In this document: positions 41,869-55,523 of the stretch, piece after piece | Position numbering within the stretch: the stretch's first letter is position 1 | How the letters are laid out: each line of letters starts with the position of its first letter | Origin: Ranitomeya imitator | Taxonomy: Eukaryota | NCBI RefSeq assembly: GCF_032444005.1 | Contig: NC_091282.1 | Coordinates: 261,702,001 to 261,766,000 of the forward strand | Reading direction: 5' to 3' | DNA length: 64,000 nucleotides | Position numbers and translations under genes: made by a program | Notes under the pieces: generated by a model | Seen by the model: only the letters and a program-made list of their open reading frames with translations | The model's database searches: none | Told to the model about the DNA's origin: nothing

Positions 41869-44800
41869 TGTTATGATAAGGTAATTCAGTACCACAATGG
41901 ACATAGAGGTCAGAGCACATACAGTGACCTGACAATAACCCAAAAACATTGAACGAGCTCTGAGACGTGGGAACTCTGCTGACCGCAATCCCTAATCCTC
42001 TCCAACCACACTAGAGGCAGCCATGGATTGCGCCTAATGCTCCCTATGCAACTCGGCACAGCCTGAGAAACTAGCTAGCCTGAAGATAGAAAATAGGCCT
42101 ACCTTGCCTCAGAGAAATACCCCAAAGGAAAAGGCAGCCCCCACATATAATGACTGTGAGTTAAGATGAAAAGACAAACGTAGAGATGAAATAGATTTAG
42201 CAAAGTGAGGCCCGACTTTCTGAACAGAGCGAGGATAGGAAAGGTAACTTTGCGGTCAACACAAAACCCTACAAAAACCACGCAAAGGGGGCAAAAAGAC
42301 CCTCCGTACCGAACTAACGGCACGGAGGTACACCCTCTGCGTCCCAGAGCTTCCAGCAAGCAGGAAAAAACAAATAGACAAGCTGGACAGAAAAAACAGC
42401 AAACAAAATAGCAAAGCGGAACTTAGCTATGCAGAGCAGCAGGCCACAGGAACGATCCAGGAGGAAACAGGTCCAATACTAGAACATTGACTGGAGGCCA
42501 GGATCAAAGCACTAGGTGGAGTTAAATAGAGCAGCACCTAACGACTTCACCACATCACCTGAGGAAGGAAACTCAGAAGCCGCAGTACCACTTTCCTCCA
42601 CCAACGGAAGCTCACAGAGAGAATCAGCCGAAGTACCACTTGTGACCACAGGAGGGAGCTCTGCCACAGAATTCACAACAGTACCCCCCCTTGAGGAGGG
42701 GCCACCGAACCCTCACCAGAGCCCCCAGGACGACCAGGATGAGCCATATGAAAGGCACGAACAAGATCGGGAGCATGGACATCAGAGGCAAAGACCCAGG
42801 AATTATCTTCCTGAGCATAACCCTTCCACTTAACCAGATACTGGAGTTTCCGTCTTGAAACACGAGAATCCAAAATCTTCTCCACAATATACTCCAACTC
42901 CCCCTCCACCAAAACCGGGGCAGGAGGATCAACAGATGGAACCACAGGTGCCACGTATCTCCGCAACAATGACCTATGGAATACGTTATGTATAGAAAAA
43001 GAATGTGGAAGGGTCAGACGAAAAGACACAGGATTAAGAACCTCAGAAATCCTATACGGACCAATGAAACGAGGTTTAAACTTAGGAGAGGAAACCTTCA
43101 TAGGAATATGACGAGAAGATAACCAAACCAAATCCCCAACACGAAGTCGGGGACCCACACAGCGTCTGCGATTAGCGAAACGTTGAGCCTTCTCCTGGGA
43201 CAAGGTCAAATTGTCCACTACATGATTCCAAATCTGCTGCAACCTGTCCACCACAGTATCCACACCAGGACAGTCCGAAGACTCAACCTGCCCTGAAGAG
43301 AAACGAGGATGGAACCCAGAGTTGCAGAAAAACGTCGAAACCAAGGTAGCCGAGCTGGCCCGATTATTAAGGGCGAACTCAGCCAAAGGCAAAAAGGACA
43401 CCCAGTCATCCTGATCAGCAGAAACAAAGCATCTCAGATATGTTTCCAAGGTCTAATTGGTTCGTTCGGGCTGGCCATTAGTCTGAGGATGGAAAGCCGA
43501 GGAAAAAGACAAGTCAATGCCCATCCTACCACAAAAGGCTCGCCAAAACCTCAAAACAAACTGGGAACCTCTGTCAGAAACGATATTCTCTGGAATGCCA
43601 TGTAAACGAACCACATGCTAGAAGAACAATGGCACCAAATCAGAGGAGGAAGGTAATTTAGACAAGGGTACGAAATGGACCATCTTAGAGAAGCGATCAC
43701 AGACCACCCAAATGACTGACATCTTTTGAGAGACGGGAAGATCTGAAATAAAATCCATAGAGATATGTGTCCAAGGCCTCTTCGGGACCGGCAAGGGCAA
43801 AAGCAACCCACTGGCACGAGAACAGCAGGGCTTAGCCCGAGCACAAATCCCACAGGACTGCACAAAAGAACGCACATCCCGCAACAGAGATGGCCACCAA
43901 AAGGATCTAGCCACTAACTCTCTGGTACCAAAGGTTCCAGGATGACCAGCCAACACCGAACAATGAACCTCAGAGATAACTTTATTCGTCCACCTATCAG
44001 GGACAAACAGTTTCTCCGCTGGGCAACGATCAGGTTTATTAGCCTGAAATTTTTGCAGCACCCGCCGCAAATCAGGGGAGATGGCAGACACAATTACTCC
44101 CTCTTTAAGAATACCCGCCGGCTCAGATAAACCCGGAGAGTCGGGCACAAAACTCTTAGACAGAGCATCCGCCTTCACATTTTTAGAGCCCGGAAGGTAC
44201 GAAATCACAAAGTCAAAACGGGCAAAAAACAGCGACCAACGAGCCCGTCTAGGATTCAACCGCTTGGCAGACTCGAGATAAGTCAAGTTCTTATGATCAG
44301 TCAAGACCACCACGCGATGCTTGGCTCCTTCAAGCCAATGACGCCACTCCTCGAATGCCCACTTCATGGCCAGCAACTCTCGATTGCCCACATCATAATT
44401 TCGCTCAGCAGGCGAAAACTTCCTCGAAAAGAAGGCGCATGGTTTCATCACCGAGCAATCAGAACTTCTCTGCGACAAAACAGCCCCTGCTCCAATCTCA
44501 GAAGCATCAACCTCGACCTGGAATGGAAGCGAAACATCTGGTTGACACAACACAGGGGCAGAAGAAAAACGACGCTTCAACTCTTGAAAAGCTTCCACAG
44601 CAGCAGAAGACCAATTGACCACATCAGCACCCTTCTTGGTCAAATCGGTCAATGGTTTAGCAATACTAGAAAAGTTGCAGATGAAGCGACGATAAAAATT
44701 AGCAAAGCCCAGGAACTTTTGCAGACTTTTCAGAGATGTCGGCTGAGTCCAATCATGGATGGCTTGGACCTTAACAGGGTCCATCTCGATAGTAGAAGGG

Positions 44801-47686
44801 GAAAAGATGAACCCCAAAAATGAAACCTTCTGAACACCAAAGAGACACTTTGATCCCTTCACAAACAAAGAATTAGCACGCAGGACCTGAAACACCGTTC
44901 TGACCTGCTTCACATGAGACTCCCAATCATCCGAGAAGATCAAAATGTCATCCAAGTACACAATCAGGAATTTATCCAGGTACTCTCGGAAGATGTCATG
45001 CATAAAGGACTGAAACACTGATGGAGCATTGGCAAGTCCGAATGGCATAACTAGGTACTCAAAATTGCCCTCGGGCATATTAAATGCAGTTTTCCATTCA
45101 TCGCCTCGCTTAATACGCACAAGATTATACGCACCACGAAGATCTATCTTGGTGAACCAACTAGCCCCCTTAATCCGAGCAAACAAATCAGATAACAATG
45201 GCAAGGGGTACTGAAATTTAACCATGATCTTATTTAGAAGGCGGTAATCTATACAAGGTCTCAGCGAACCATCCTTCTTGGCTACAAAAAAGAACCCTGC
45301 TCCTAATGGCGACGATGACGGGCGAATATGCCCCTTCTCCAAGGACTCCTTCACATAACTCCGCATAGCGGCGTGCTCAGGCACAAATAAATTAAACAGT
45401 CGACCTTTTGGGAATTTACTACCAGGAATCAAATCGATAGCACAATCACAATCCCTATGCGGAGGTAGGGTATCGGACTTGGGCTCATCAAATACATCCC
45501 GGTAATCAGACAAGAACTCTGGAACCTCAGAAGGGGTGGATGACGAAATAGTCAGAAATGGGACATCACCATGTACCCCCTGACAACCTCAGCTGGACAC
45601 AGACATTGATTTCCAATCTAATACTGGATTATGGACTTGTAGCCATGGCAACCCCAACACGACCACATCATGCAGATTATGCAACACCAGAAAGCGAATA
45701 ACCTCCTGATGTGCAGGAGCCATGCACATGGTCAGCTGGGTCCAGTACTGAGGCTTATTCTTGGCCAAAGGTGTAGCATCAATTCCTCTCAATGGAATAG
45801 GACACTGCAAGGGCTCCAAGAAAAACCCACAACGCCTAGCATACTCCAAGTCCATCAAATTCAGGGCAGCGCCTGAATCCACAAATGCCATGACAGAATA
45901 CGATGACAAAGAGCAGATCAAGGTAACGGATAGAAGAAATTTTGACTGTACCGTACCAATGGTGGCAGACCTAGCGAACCGCTTAGTGCGTTTAGGACAA
46001 TCAGAGATAGCATGAGTGGAATCACCACAGTAGAAACACAGCCCATTCAGATGTCTGTGTTCTTGCCGTTCAACTCTGGTCAAAGTCCTATCGCACTGCA
46101 TAGGCTCAGGTTTAAGCTCAGGTAATACCGCCAAATGGTGCACAGATTTACGCTCACGCAAGCGTCGACCGATCTGAATGGCCAAAGACATAGACTCATT
46201 CAGACCAGCAGGCATAGGAAATCCCACCATGACATCCTTAAGGGCTTCAGAGAGACCCTTTCTGAAAATAGCTGCGAGCGCACCTTCATTCCATTTAGTG
46301 AGTACGGACCACTTTCTAAATTTCTGACAATATACCTCTATCTCATCCTGACCCTGACACAGAGCCAGCAAATTTTTCTCTGCCTGATCCACTGAATTAG
46401 GTTCATCGTACAGCAATCCGAGAGCCAGGAAAAACGCATCGATATTACTTAATGCAGGATCTCCGGACGCAAGAGAAAATGCCCAGTCCTGAGGGTCGCC
46501 ACGTAAAAAAGAAATAATGATCCTAACTTGTTGAACTGGGTCACCAGAGGAGCGAGGTTTCAAAGCTAGAAATAGTTTACAATTATTTTTGAAACTCAGA
46601 AATTTAGTTCTATCTCCAAAAAACAAATCAGGAATAGGAATTCTCGGTTCTAACATAGAATTCTGAACCACAAAGTCTTGAATATTTTGTACTCTTGCCG
46701 TGAGCTGATCTACACATGAAGACAGACCTTTAATGTCCATCGTTACACCTGTGTCCTGAACCACCCAAATGTCTAGGGGAAAAAAAAGGCAAAACACAGT
46801 GCAGAGAAAAAAAAATGGTCTCAGAACTTTTTTTACCTCTATTGAGAATCATTAGTACTTTGGGCCTCCAGTACTGTTATGATAAGGTAATTCAGTACCA
46901 CAATGGGCATAGAGGTCAGAGCACATACAGTGACCTGACAATAACCCAAAAACATTGAACGAGCTCTGAGACGTGGGAACTCTGCTGACCGCAATCCCTA
47001 ATCCTCTCCAACCACACTAGAGGCAGCCGTGGATTGCGCCTAACGCTCCCTATGCATCTCGGCACAGCCTGAGAAACTAGCTAGCCTGAAGATAGAAAAT
47101 AAGCCTACCTTGCCTCAGAGAAATACCCCAAAGGAAAAGGCAGCCCCCACATATAATGACTGTGAGTTAAGATGAAAAGACAAACGTAGAGATGAAATAG
47201 ATTTAGCAAAGTGAGGCCCGACTTTCTGAACAGAGCGAGGATAGGAAAGGTAACTTTGCGGTCAACACAAAACCCTACAAAAACCACGCAAAGGGGGCAA
47301 AAAGACCCTCCGTACCGAACTAACGGCACGGAGGTACACCCTCTGCGTCCCAGAGCTTCCAGCAAGCAGGAAAAAACAAATAGACAAGCTGGACAGAAAA
47401 AACAGCAAACAAAATAGCAAAGCGGAACTTAGCTATGCAGAGCAGCAGGCCACAGGAACGATCCAGGAGGAAACAGGTCCAATACTAGAACATTGACTGG
47501 AGGCCAGGATCAAAGCACTAGGTGGAGTTAAATAGAGCAGCACCTAACGACTTCACTACATCACCTGAGGAAGGAAACTCAGAAGCCGCAGTACCACTTT
47601 CCTCCACCAATGGAAGCTCACAGAGAGAATCAGCCGAAGTACCACTTGTGACCACAGGAGGGAGCTCTGCCACAGAATTCACAACA
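41869..47686 (-). mobile_element. Full-length chromoviral Ty3/Gypsy (Sushi-like) LTR retrotransposon
   Basis: Two 812-bp LTRs (41869-42680, 46875-47686; TGTT...AACA; about 7 substitutions by eye). PPT aaggggggggtac precedes the 3' LTR. PBS TGGAGGCCC at 46862-46870 fits a tRNA 3' end, Thr-like. 6-bp flanking duplication GGGGCC. Confidence 0.97.
42673..46797 (-). pseudogene. Single-frame Gag-PR-RT-RH-IN-chromodomain polyprotein with two in-frame nonsense codons
   Basis: The three track ORFs (45589-46797, 43618-45513, 42673-43449) share one frame. Motifs: CFYCGDSTHAISDC knuckle, FVDSGA protease, LRPCIDYR/MPFGL/YLDD RT, DAS RNase H, HHCC integrase, EYIVEKILDSR...YLVKWKGY chromodomain. Stops TGA at 45589-45591 and TAG at 43618-43620. 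Confidence 0.95.
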
Positions 47687-47693
47687 GGGGCCC

Positions 47694-48488
47694 TGTTATG
47701 ATCTGGTGGTTTAGGAGCAACATGGGACGAGCTCTGAAGGAAGTGGTACTTGTACTGACCGCAGTCCCTAAGCTCAACACAACACTAGAAGTAGCCGTGG
47801 GATGCTCCTGACACTCCCTAGGCACCTCGTCACAGCCTGAGAACTAACTACCCCTAAAGATAGAAACAGGAAAACTATCTTGCCTCAGAGAAAATCCCCA
47901 AAGGATAGATAGCCCCTCACAAGTAATGACTGTGAGTGGAGAGGGAAAAGACATACACAGAATGAAACCAGGATGAGCACAGGAGGCCAGTCTAGCTAGC
48001 TAGATAGGACAGGATGGAATACTGTGCAGTCAGTATAAAACACTACAAAAAATCCACACAGAGTTTACAAAAATCTCCACACCTGACTAAAGGTGTGGAG
48101 GGTAAATCTGTTTCCCAGAGCCTCCAGCTACACAGAATCAATTCATACTGACAAGCTGGACAAACATAGAAAGCACAGAACGGATAAGTCCACAACCTGT
48201 GGACAGAAAAGAGCAAGCAAGGACTTAGCTTTGCTGAACTGGTCAGGAAAACAGGGAAATCCAAAGAGATGTGAATTCAACCAGGAACCAATGACAAGTG
48301 GCACAATCTGAAGGAAAGAGCCAGGCTAAATAGCCGAGCAGAATAGACAATCAGTGGAAGCAGCTGCTGACTGCTAAATCCAAGGAGCAGCCATTCCACT
48401 TAAAACCACCGGAGGGAGCCCAAGAGCAGAACTCACAAAAGTGCCAATTACAACCACCGGAGGGAGCCCAAGAGCAGAATTCACAACA
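47694..48488. mobile_element. Solo LTR of a related but distinct Gypsy family
   Basis: tgttatgatc ... gaattcacaaca termini; patchy similarity to the 812-bp LTR; flanked by GGGCCC on both sides (47688-47693, 48489-48494); internal tandem duplication of accaccggagggagcccaagagcagaa. Confidence 0.9.
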
Positions 48489-48699
48489 GGGCCCTGTGCC
48501 AGTACCGCCGCCCACAAGAGAGTGTTCCCCCCCCCCCCAGATTGAACTGTGCTCTACCACTTGCAATACTACCTCTCCTAGCTCCACCACTGTGTAGTCT
48601 GTGCGGGTAAAACCTGAAATGGCACTGCCAATACGAATTATTTGAAATGATAGATGATAGTTAAAATATACAGGGGCCCTGGACTCCATTTAATACTTT

Positions 48700-49270
48700 G
48701 CGCCTACTACCACTGTCTTTATTATTTGGGCGTAATAACGGTGTCTGCCGCTGCATCTTTTTTTTCCTTCACTGAACAAAGCTGAACTTCAACTGTTGTC
48801 CCGTTTCAAATATTAAACTGCATTTGCCCTACTTGTTGGGATGGGGCCTACTAACGGTGTCTGCCGCTCCTTGGTGTTCTCCTGGTTTATTTTTCTTGCG
48901 CTTCAATCTTCAGGCTTTCGTTTAAATATTTTTTATATTAAACTGCATTTGGCCTACTTGTTGGGTAGGGCCTAGTAACATTGTCTGCTGCCGCCTCTTG
49001 TTTTCCTCTACTAAACAAAGCTGAGCTTGAAGCTTCAGGCTTTCGGCCTGTAACAACAATATGAAACTACATTTGGCCTAGTTCTTGGTTTGGGCCTAGT
49101 AACATTGTCTGCTGCTGCCTCTTGTTTTCCTCTACTACACAAAGCTGAGCTTCAATCTTCAGGCTTTCGGCCTATATTTAGAATATGAAACTGCATTTCG
49201 CCTACTTGTTTGGTTGGGCTTACTAACGGTGTCTGACGCTGATTGTTGTTCTCTTCCACTGAACAAACCA
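48700..49270. repeat. About 120-125-bp tandem repeats inside the hAT 5' region
   Basis: Recurrent aaactgcatttggcctac...gggcctagtaac..tgtctgc units (ctgagc at 49021 and 49145). Confidence 0.75.
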
Positions 49271-50129
49271 ATGCCGCCTGTTTACTCCTGTTACCAATTT
49301 TTAACAGCTTTTAGCCTACTTTTTTTTATTTTGGGCCTATATCTGTGTTTCCTCCTCATTCCTGCCCATTGCCCAGCCACTGCTAGATGAGTCTGCTGGT
49401 ACATTGACACAGACCACTACATTCCCCTTGCACTCTACACAGCCTGAATCTGACCCTGCTGAAACTCAGGTTCCCCTTCCCGCATACTATACCACCTTAC
49501 ATGGGGACAAAGAGGAAGGTGCAGATCAAAGTGCAGGTTCCTTCAACAGGTGGGGGGGGCATACTCGTTGGCGACGTCACTGGCACAGGGCCCTTCATAG
49601 TACGCAAAAGTGTCTCTGCCGGTGGGAGGCGCCCCCGCCGTCAATCACAACGCCGTACTTTGAGGAGCCCTGTGCCAGTGGCAATGCGAATGAGTGTCCC
49701 CCCCCTGCTTGCTCAGGATCACAGCACTTGCAAAGTTGAAATACTTACCTTTCCCTGCTCCACCGCTGTGACGTATTCCACATTTCCTGGGCCCAAGAAA
49801 AAATTGAGCCAGCCCTCCCCCCCTACAACTTTAACCAAATGACCCCCAATTTTCAATACCTAACTATTATTATAAGGTTAATTAAGATTGACAAGCTTAA
49901 GTAACAAGAATTGATGTTTTTAACATTAAAATGGGCTCTGTAGGTGTTTTTCTGTCCTCCACTCACTGCCGACTTTTATTCCCCATTGACTTGCATTGGG
50001 TTTCGTGTTTCAGTCGGCCCCCCGACTTTTCGCAATGATCGGCCGATTTCACCCGACCCGACTTTTGACAAAGTCGGGTTTCGCGAAACCCGACTCGATC
50101 CTGAAAATGTAAAAGTCGCTCAACCCTAC

Positions 50130-51191
50130 CGTGAAGTAAAAGTGATAAGACCGATTTGTTCGTGGGTTCAGTACGATTACAGTAATACCAGACTTACGTA
50201 GTATTTTTATGCTTGCCATTTTTACAGACTAAAACCAATATTTAACAAACATGAATTTGGTTGTGCATCATCATATTCTGAGAGCTGTAACTTTTTTTTG
50301 CTTTTTTTTGCTGAATGAGCCATATTAATGCTTGTTTATTGCGGAAGGGCTTGGCGTTTTCATTTATATCTTTTTTTTACTTTTGATTTTTTGATTGCAT
50401 TTTATTCACTTTTTGTGAGTCAGTAAGATGAAAAAATAAATTTTTTAGCATGTTTTTTATTTTTTTTATGGCGTAAGCCATTCAGAATAAATAACTTGGC
50501 AGTTTTATAGAGCGGGTCATTTTGGACGCAGCGATACTAATTATATATACATTTTTTGTTTCTTTTTGCTTTATTACAAAAGCTGCATTTTGAGTTGCGA
50601 AACGTTTTTTATTGATTTGTGTGCTTTTTTTGTGCTTTACATATTTTATGTAATGTTTTATACTTTTTTACTTAGTCCCATTGTGGGACATGTATAATTT
50701 TTATTTTGATCTCTGGTCTCATACACTGCAGTACTCGTGTATTGCAGTGCATGAGACTGTCAGTGTCTCTCTGGTCACAGCCTGTGAGACCCACACAGCC
50801 TGTGAGGCTTATAGTTGAATCTCACAGGCCACCGTACCCTGGAGTCATTACATGACTTTAGGGTACCATGTTAACCATCGACACCTGGGATTTTCATCGC
50901 AAGTGTCTGATGGTTGCAAAGGGGGTCTTGTAACCCCATTGTAACCAATTGAATTTTGCTGTCGTGATTTGACAGCGGTATTTAAGGGGCTAATCAGTCC
51001 CGATCAGCTGCAAAACTGGCTAGGTCCGATTTTGCAGGGTGTCAGATGACATGTACAGCTGACACCCATGGGAACAGCGGCTGCTTGGCAGCTCTATATA
51101 GTTATTCCCAATCGCCATTTTAAATTAGCGATGAAGGAATAAGGCCCCTTAATGACTGCCGTTTTAACGCGTATTAGCGGTCGTTAAGGGG
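50130..51191. mobile_element. piggyBac-like non-autonomous element, right end
   Basis: Ends gcggtcgttaagggg followed by TTAA (51192-51195). Confidence 0.6.
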
Positions 51192-53311
51192 TTAAGTAAC
51201 ACAAAATCAATAATAGTAGTAAGAAACAGGGTGGCATGCTGTGTAATATTAACAAAATAAGTTACCACTTTTTTTAGTGTCACAGAAGAAAGTGCAAGCA
51301 GAAACCGTAACCATTTTTTAGACTCCCGTTGAAAATATTTGTCCCCTATATTGCGATTACAATTATGCAACATAGGAGCCAGCACAAAAGATTCAATTTG
51401 TAAGTCTTCAATATAAAGTTAACATGTAGGAATAGTGCCAGAAAAAAGATATCAACATGTACAGTGCAATATAGTCAATCAGTAATTCAAAGAGAATGTG
51501 ATAGATCACAACATGACTAGAACACCCCTCATAAATCTATGACAGATGTCTTCCGTTGCATGATTTTCACAAGAATCATTAGGCAGTGAACGGCATTTAA
51601 CAAAGTAAAGGTCAAACATAAGGCCAAAAGTGAGTGAAATCCATCACATCATGAAAAATGCTTCTGTAGGATTTTATTGATGATTTTGCTATAAGATACT
51701 AGATACCTAAACACATAAAATCAAATGTGCCAAACAATTCTCAGTAATTGTCACCTCTTGTCTCTAGCAATGAGAGATTGTTTTTAACTACAATAGAGTG
51801 TGATATTTCAGGCATCATATTTTGGAATAGGATTATGACTTCTGATGTTCATAATTATTGAAACTTCAGTTTCCGTACTACATATGGAGTCTCTGCCATT
51901 TAATGGAAGATAATAATTTCAATGATGCTGTTGGACCCCAGCTTAAAGCAAATCGTAGCGTAAGTTAAGCTTTATTATATCAATAGTTTTGTTCCCTTGT
52001 GATGAAAAATATTGAAAATGCCAGACCCCCTTTATGGACATCATTGACGCCAGATGAATCCAATTGACTATGATGGGATAATTTACTGGACAAAATATTG
52101 CAGCCTACAGCATGGTTTTGTTTGGTATTTTTGGTTGGATCTGCGAGAGCTCCTATAGTGCAGATGTGAACACAACCAAGCTATTATAACTATTATGAGT
52201 TAAGATAAAGTCATTATTTGGCTTTGAATGTACAAACCTTGACTTGACATGTTGATACCACAAACCTTAGTATCACATTTTCTCGTGATGTGTGAACACG
52301 ATAGTGGCACACTCCATGGTTTGGTTGCTGAAAAAGCACAGGTGGGCTTAAAACTTCTAGTATTAGTAAGTTGTGAGGGTACCAGAGAGATCCCATGGAG
52401 AGGTAGTAAATGCTTATTGCAGGAAATTAATGTTAAAACAGATCCTGTCACTTGATTTTATTACTGCTTTGTAAAATCTTTCTCAGCAACTCCCCAGATA
52501 AACTGTGCATTTTAGCATTGCGTTAAAAATGAAGTTCCAATAGTGCATGTGGTATATGCTAAATACCCCTCAAAAATCACAGATGATGCTCTCTGGGTGG
52601 AGGGTTATGCAGTCCTAGTCCATTTTTGGCTTTGTTGACATTTCGTAGGCTGAAAACTATAATTCCATCAGGTGCATAAAGCTTAGGCCAGTACATCAAT
52701 AATATCAATAAGTATTATCCTAAACTTTAATAGCTAATTATAATTACTCATCAACGAAGAGGAGGAATTAAAAATTAACAACTACGTTTTACTCAGATCC
52801 GCAGCTGCTATTCCATGATATGGCCATCTTAGCATGCTCAAACTGGAGAAAGGACCTATTTAAAAAGGGATTGTGGTGAGATATAAGTGGACTTTCCTAA
52901 TTAACTTTGAGCAATTTTGTTCAATGTCTGCCCCTGCTGCATAGATTAACATCATCACAAATGATGACAAATGGAAGCAAAATGTGCTGAAAAATTATAA
53001 ATTATTACCATAAATCACTTTTCATGACTTTTGTTGGAACAATATAAAGTTTATAAGGGAAATGACCTCACAGCAGAACTTCACAAATATTTGTATTGTA
53101 TTTGGCACTTTCAAATAAGCGAACCCTGCAGCCAATCATCGTCTACTTCCAAGGGAGCCAGTGCCGTCATTACCGAAACAGTGTAGATTTTTATTTTATT
53201 TTAAAAGGGTAAATATAGCAGTTGGGGAGGGGTTGTCTGAGTAGTGGACAACCCCTTTAATGTGCGTGTATATATATACATATATATAATCTGCCCAAAA
53301 AAATATATATA

Positions 53312-53545
53312 CAGCTCTGGCAAAATGTTCAGTTTGTATTTATTTTCTGAAAATGAGAAATGGTCAAAATAAGAAAAAAACATGCATTGTTTGAAGACCT
53401 CAAATAATGCAAAAAAAAGTTCATACTCATTTAGAAACAACAATACTAATGTTTTAACTCAGGAAGAGTTCAGAAACCAATATTTTGTGGAATAACCATG
53501 CGTCTTGGCATGCTTTCCACCAGTCTTTCACACTGCTTCTAGCGC
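53312..53545 (+). mobile_element. Tc1-family fragment
   Basis: TA then cagctctggcaaaa terminus after a TA run, with Tc1-like subterminal sequence (tattttgtggaataacc...gcgtcttggcatgc). Confidence 0.5.
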
Positions 53546-53645
53546 AAAAATGTAAGCAGTCCTTCTTTGTTTTGATGGCATATATACTATATATATATAT
53601 ATATATTTTTTTTTTTTTCTGAAGTTTTCAACAACTAGTGAGATA

Positions 53646-55254
53646 CAGTGGGGCAAAAAAGTATTTAGTCAGTCAGCAATAGTGCAAGTTCCACCACTTA
53701 AAAAGATGAGAGGCGTCTGTAATTTACATCATAGGTAGACCTCAACTATGGGAGACAAACTGAGAAAAAAAAATCCAGAAAATCACATTGTCTGTTTTTT
53801 TAACATTTTATTTGCATATTATGGTGGAAAATAAGTATTTGGTCAGAAACAAACAATCAAGATTTCTGGCGCTCACAGACCTGTAACTTCTTCTTTAAGA
53901 GTCTCCTCTTTCCTCCACTCATTACCTGTAGTAATGGCACCTGTTTAAACTTGTTATCAGTATAAAAAGACACCTGTGCACACCCTCAAACAGTCTGACT
54001 CCAATCTCCACTATGGTGAAGACCAAAGAGCTGTCAAAGGACACCAGAAACAAAATTGTAGCCCTGCACCAGGTTGGGAAGACTGAATCTGCAATAGCCA
54101 ACCAGCTTGGAGTGAAGAAATCAACAGTGGGAGCAATAATTAGAAAATGGAAGACATACAAGACCACTGATAATCTCCCTCGATCTGGGGCTCCACGCAA
54201 AATCCCACCCCGTGGGGTCAGAATGATCACAAGAACGGTGAGCAAAAATCCCAGAACCACGCGGGGGGACCTAGTGAATGAACTGCAGAGAGCTGGGACC
54301 AATGTAACAAGGCCTACCATAAGTAACACACTACGCCACCATGGGCTCAGATCCTGCAGTGTCAGACGTGTCCCACTACTTAAGCCAGTACATGTCCGGG
54401 CCCGTCTGAAGTTTGCTAGAGAGCATTTGGATGATCCAGAGGAGTTTTGGGAGAATGTCCTATGGTCTGATGAAACCAAACTGGAACTGTTTGGTAGAAA
54501 CACAACTTGTCGTGTTTGGAGGAAAAAGAATACTGAGTTGCATCCATCAAACACCATACCTACTGTAAAGCATGGTGGTGGAAACATCATGCTTTGGGGC
54601 TGTTTCTCTGCAAAGGGGCCAGGACGACTGATCCGGGTACATGAAAGAATGAATGGGGCCATGTATCGTGAGATTTTGAGTGCAAACCTCCTTCCATCAG
54701 CAAGGGCATTGAAGATGAAACGTGGCTGGGTCTTTCAACATTGATAATGATCCAAAGCACACCGCCAGGGCAATGAAGGAGTGGCTTCGTAAGAAGCATT
54801 TCAAGGTCCTGGAGTGGCCTAGCCAGTCTCCAGATCTCAACCCTATAGAAAACCTTTGGAGGGAGTTGAAAGTCCGTGTTGCCAAGCCAAAAGCCAAAAA
54901 CATCACTGCTCTAGAGGAGATCTGCATGGAGGAATGGGCCAACATACCAACAACAGTGTGTGGCAACCTTGTGAAGACTTACAGAAAACGTTTGACCTCT
55001 GTCATTGCCAACAAAGGATATATTACAAAGTATTGAGATGAAATTTTGTTTCTGACCAAATACTTATTTTCCACCATAATATGCAAATAAAATGTTAAAA
55101 AAAACAGACAATGTGATTTTCTGGATTTTTTTTTTCTCAGTTTGTCTCCCATAGTTGAGGTCTACCTATGATGTAAATTACAGATGCCTCTCATCTTTTT
55201 AAATGGTGGAACTTGCACTATTGCTGACTGACTAAATACTTTTTTGCCCCACTG
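53646..55254 (+). mobile_element. Full-length Tc1/mariner transposon (IR/DR type), second family
   Basis: TA TSD at 53644-53645 and 55255-55256; about 210-bp TIRs starting cagtggggcaaaaaagtatttagtcag. Confidence 0.97.
54013..55036 (+). pseudogene. Tc1 transposase with a single +1 frameshift
   Basis: [10 protein letters not shown]...WSDETK...MLWGCF...FQH, then DNDPKHT...[15 protein letters not shown] in the next frame. An extra T at 54741/54742 (caacaTtgataat) breaks the codon before the second catalytic Asp. Confidence 0.95.
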
Positions 55255-55523
55255 TAAATGTAGGCACACATGGATCACATATGACTGGTATATGTATATG
55301 TATACACATGTAGTATATTATCAGTCCCAGTAGTAAACATAGGACCTTACAAAGTTCTATTCTGCAAAAATAGCGTAGTTACAATTGTCACTGTGGAGGC
55401 TAACCTTCAGTTGGAATTTGACTGGAAAGTTGTACCATTGTAACAAAGGGTGTTTACAAAAGTTGTCAGATGAGATGGACAAGAATATAAGGTACAGAAA
55501 AGAAATAAGGGGAAAAGGTCAAT

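Larger units (their letters stand above)
38150..50128 (-). mobile_element. Large decayed autonomous-type hAT transposon interrupted by two LTR insertions; 3' TIR missing
   Basis: 5' TIR tagggttgagcgac on the minus strand ending at 50128, with cccga-rich subterminal repeats; transposase fragments at 38400-41837; left terminus not found. Confidence 0.85.

Noticed and set aside
45589-45591. TGA between protease and RT as a programmed readthrough codon
   Set aside because: It falls at a position that is plausibly Trp (TGG to TGA) after the protease rather than at the gag-pol boundary, and a second nonsense codon interrupts integrase. Simple decay is more likely.
45589-46797. Gag/protease ORF as a domesticated RTL1/PEG10-like host gene
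   Set aside because: It is bounded by two about 99% identical LTRs with PBS, PPT and TSD, so it is a recent retrotransposon copy.
42099-47417. Identical short ORFs at 42099-42411 and 47105-47417
   Set aside because: They are identical only because they lie in the two LTRs; no coding signature.
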